A DNA stretch of 53,468 nt, from assembly GCA_021827255.1 (NCBI GenBank), contig JAKAWO010000001.1, positions 1-53,468 on the forward strand, written 5' to 3'. The notes beneath the pieces are model-generated. The model worked only from the letters and a program-made list of their open reading frames with translations. It ran no database searches and was not told the origin of the DNA. Numbering within the stretch: position 1 is the first letter of the stretch; every line of letters starts with the position of its first letter. This DNA comes from Acidobacteriota bacterium (lineage in GTDB: Bacteria; Acidobacteriota; Terriglobia; UBA7540). The position numbers and the translations under genes are program-made. Shown piece after piece: positions 52,797 to 53,468 of this stretch.

Positions 52797-53468
52797 CTAG
52801 GGTCGAACATAGGCCGCGCCACAAGCGAACGTGCCTTCTACCGTCTTTTCACAGTGGACAATTCGTATGGCGCAGAAGACGCTGCCTTGGACGGGAGCGT
52901 AGGGTACGGCTGCCTCCATGAGGGTCCCGACGTCATAGTGCTTTCGGCTCACGAAGCCGAAACCGCCCCGTGAAATACCGGTCGTGTCAACGATTTCCTC
53001 GCCGAATTGGCAATGACGCAGGCAGACCGCCATACGTAGCCGGACTCGCCGCTCTTGGCGCTCATCCCGAATCCGAAGCGGCCCTGGCAGCTCAGCCTCG
53101 AGGCTGGTCGCCTGCGGCTCCGACGGGTCCCAGCCGCTCGCCAACGCCGGCCGCCAGATGGTCGCGTCTCCACAGCGGGCGCAGCGGAGGGAAAGCCTTC
53201 GGCTGGCTTCAAAGACCTCGGCCTCGGACGCGTCCAAGTAGGCAACTTTGCGCGAGCGACAGGCTGCGCATTCGAGGAACACGCGCGCGGCCGCCCGCTC
53301 GGCTTCGGTCAGTTCCGGAAACTCGATGCCCCAGGGGTTTGCCGCATCCTCCAGGAAGGCGATGCCGTAATGATAACCCTCGGGCAGTTTCTGAATCTGC
53401 CCGACCACCCTGGCGGCGGCTTCCTTCCCCGTCGTCTTGCAAAGAATGGTCACCTCCTGGTCGGAGAT
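52797..53468 (-). CDS. PilZ-domain protein with a central CxxC...CxxC zinc-ribbon-like segment; probably 5'-truncated by the window end
   Basis: The C-terminal PilZ carries ERQERRVRLR (RxxxR) and GISRGGFGFVS (xxSxxG). The central part reads CAACRSRK...CARCGD. The frame stays open to the window edge (ISDQEVTILCKTTGKEAAARVVGQIQKLPEGYHYGIAFLED looks like the end of another PilZ barrel), so the GTG at 53453 may not be the true start. Confidence 0.65.
   Translation of the reverse strand: MSDQEVTILCKTTGKEAAARVVGQIQKLPEGYHYGIAFLEDAANPWGIEFPELTEAERAAARVFLECAACRSRKVAYLDASEAEVFEASRRLSLRCARCGDATIWRPALASGWDPSEPQATSLEAELPGPLRIRDERQERRVRLRMAVCLRHCQFGEEIVDTTGISRGGFGFVSRKHYDVGTLMEAAVPYAPVQGSVFCAIRIVHCEKTVEGTFACGAAYVRP

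Noticed and set aside
1-53468. CRISPR arrays, rRNA/tRNA genes, and defence or toxin-antitoxin modules
   Set aside because: Reading both strands by eye I found no regularly spaced direct repeats, no rRNA/tRNA signatures, and no nuclease, helicase or methylase-type defence genes. This is a visual scan only, so short tRNA-like or sRNA genes could have been missed.

Overview
GC-rich bacterial chromosomal segment of 53.5 kb. It is densely coded on both strands and is mostly core metabolism and housekeeping. The gene content (PEGA-domain proteins, several TolC-type outer-membrane factors, a sigma-54 enhancer-binding protein, TPR and OmpA-like surface proteins) suggests an Acidobacteriota-like soil bacterium; that is an inference only. 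Recognisable blocks, left to right:
- a decayed IS5-family transposase remnant at the window edge;
- a GH3 beta-glucosidase, an aldo/keto reductase and a GT-C glycosyltransferase;
- TolC plus an FtsX/MacB-type ABC exporter behind a long structured leader;
- LemA, cytochrome c, a TPR protein, glutaryl-CoA dehydrogenase, queA, a GNAT and a DUF4139 protein;
- a split DsbD-like thiol-reductant module (ccdA, lgt, tlpA-like, DsbD-alpha-like);
- gltX;
- a thrC-like / CysO-like carrier / thrB operon preceded by an unambiguous SAM-I riboswitch with a terminator;
- an efflux operon (STAS-TolC fusion, HlyD adaptor, cytidylate-kinase-like protein, DHA2 MFS pump) with a textbook sigma-54 promoter next to a GAF-GAF sigma-54 activator;
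- rho and lon-clpX-clpP-tig;
- an S41 protease, a LacI regulator, a PEGA/OmpA surface protein, and PilZ-msrB-PilZ.
I found no rRNA, tRNA, CRISPR array or recognisable defence system by eye. The two most interesting items are:
1. The SAM-repressed thrC-like/sulfur-carrier/thrB operon, a candidate route from O-phosphohomoserine to homocysteine.
2. The sigma-54-driven efflux operon, whose first ORF fuses a cytoplasmic-type STAS domain in frame to a TolC that keeps its own complete signal peptide.
Many long ORFs in the track are antisense shadow ORFs typical of high-GC DNA and were not called.
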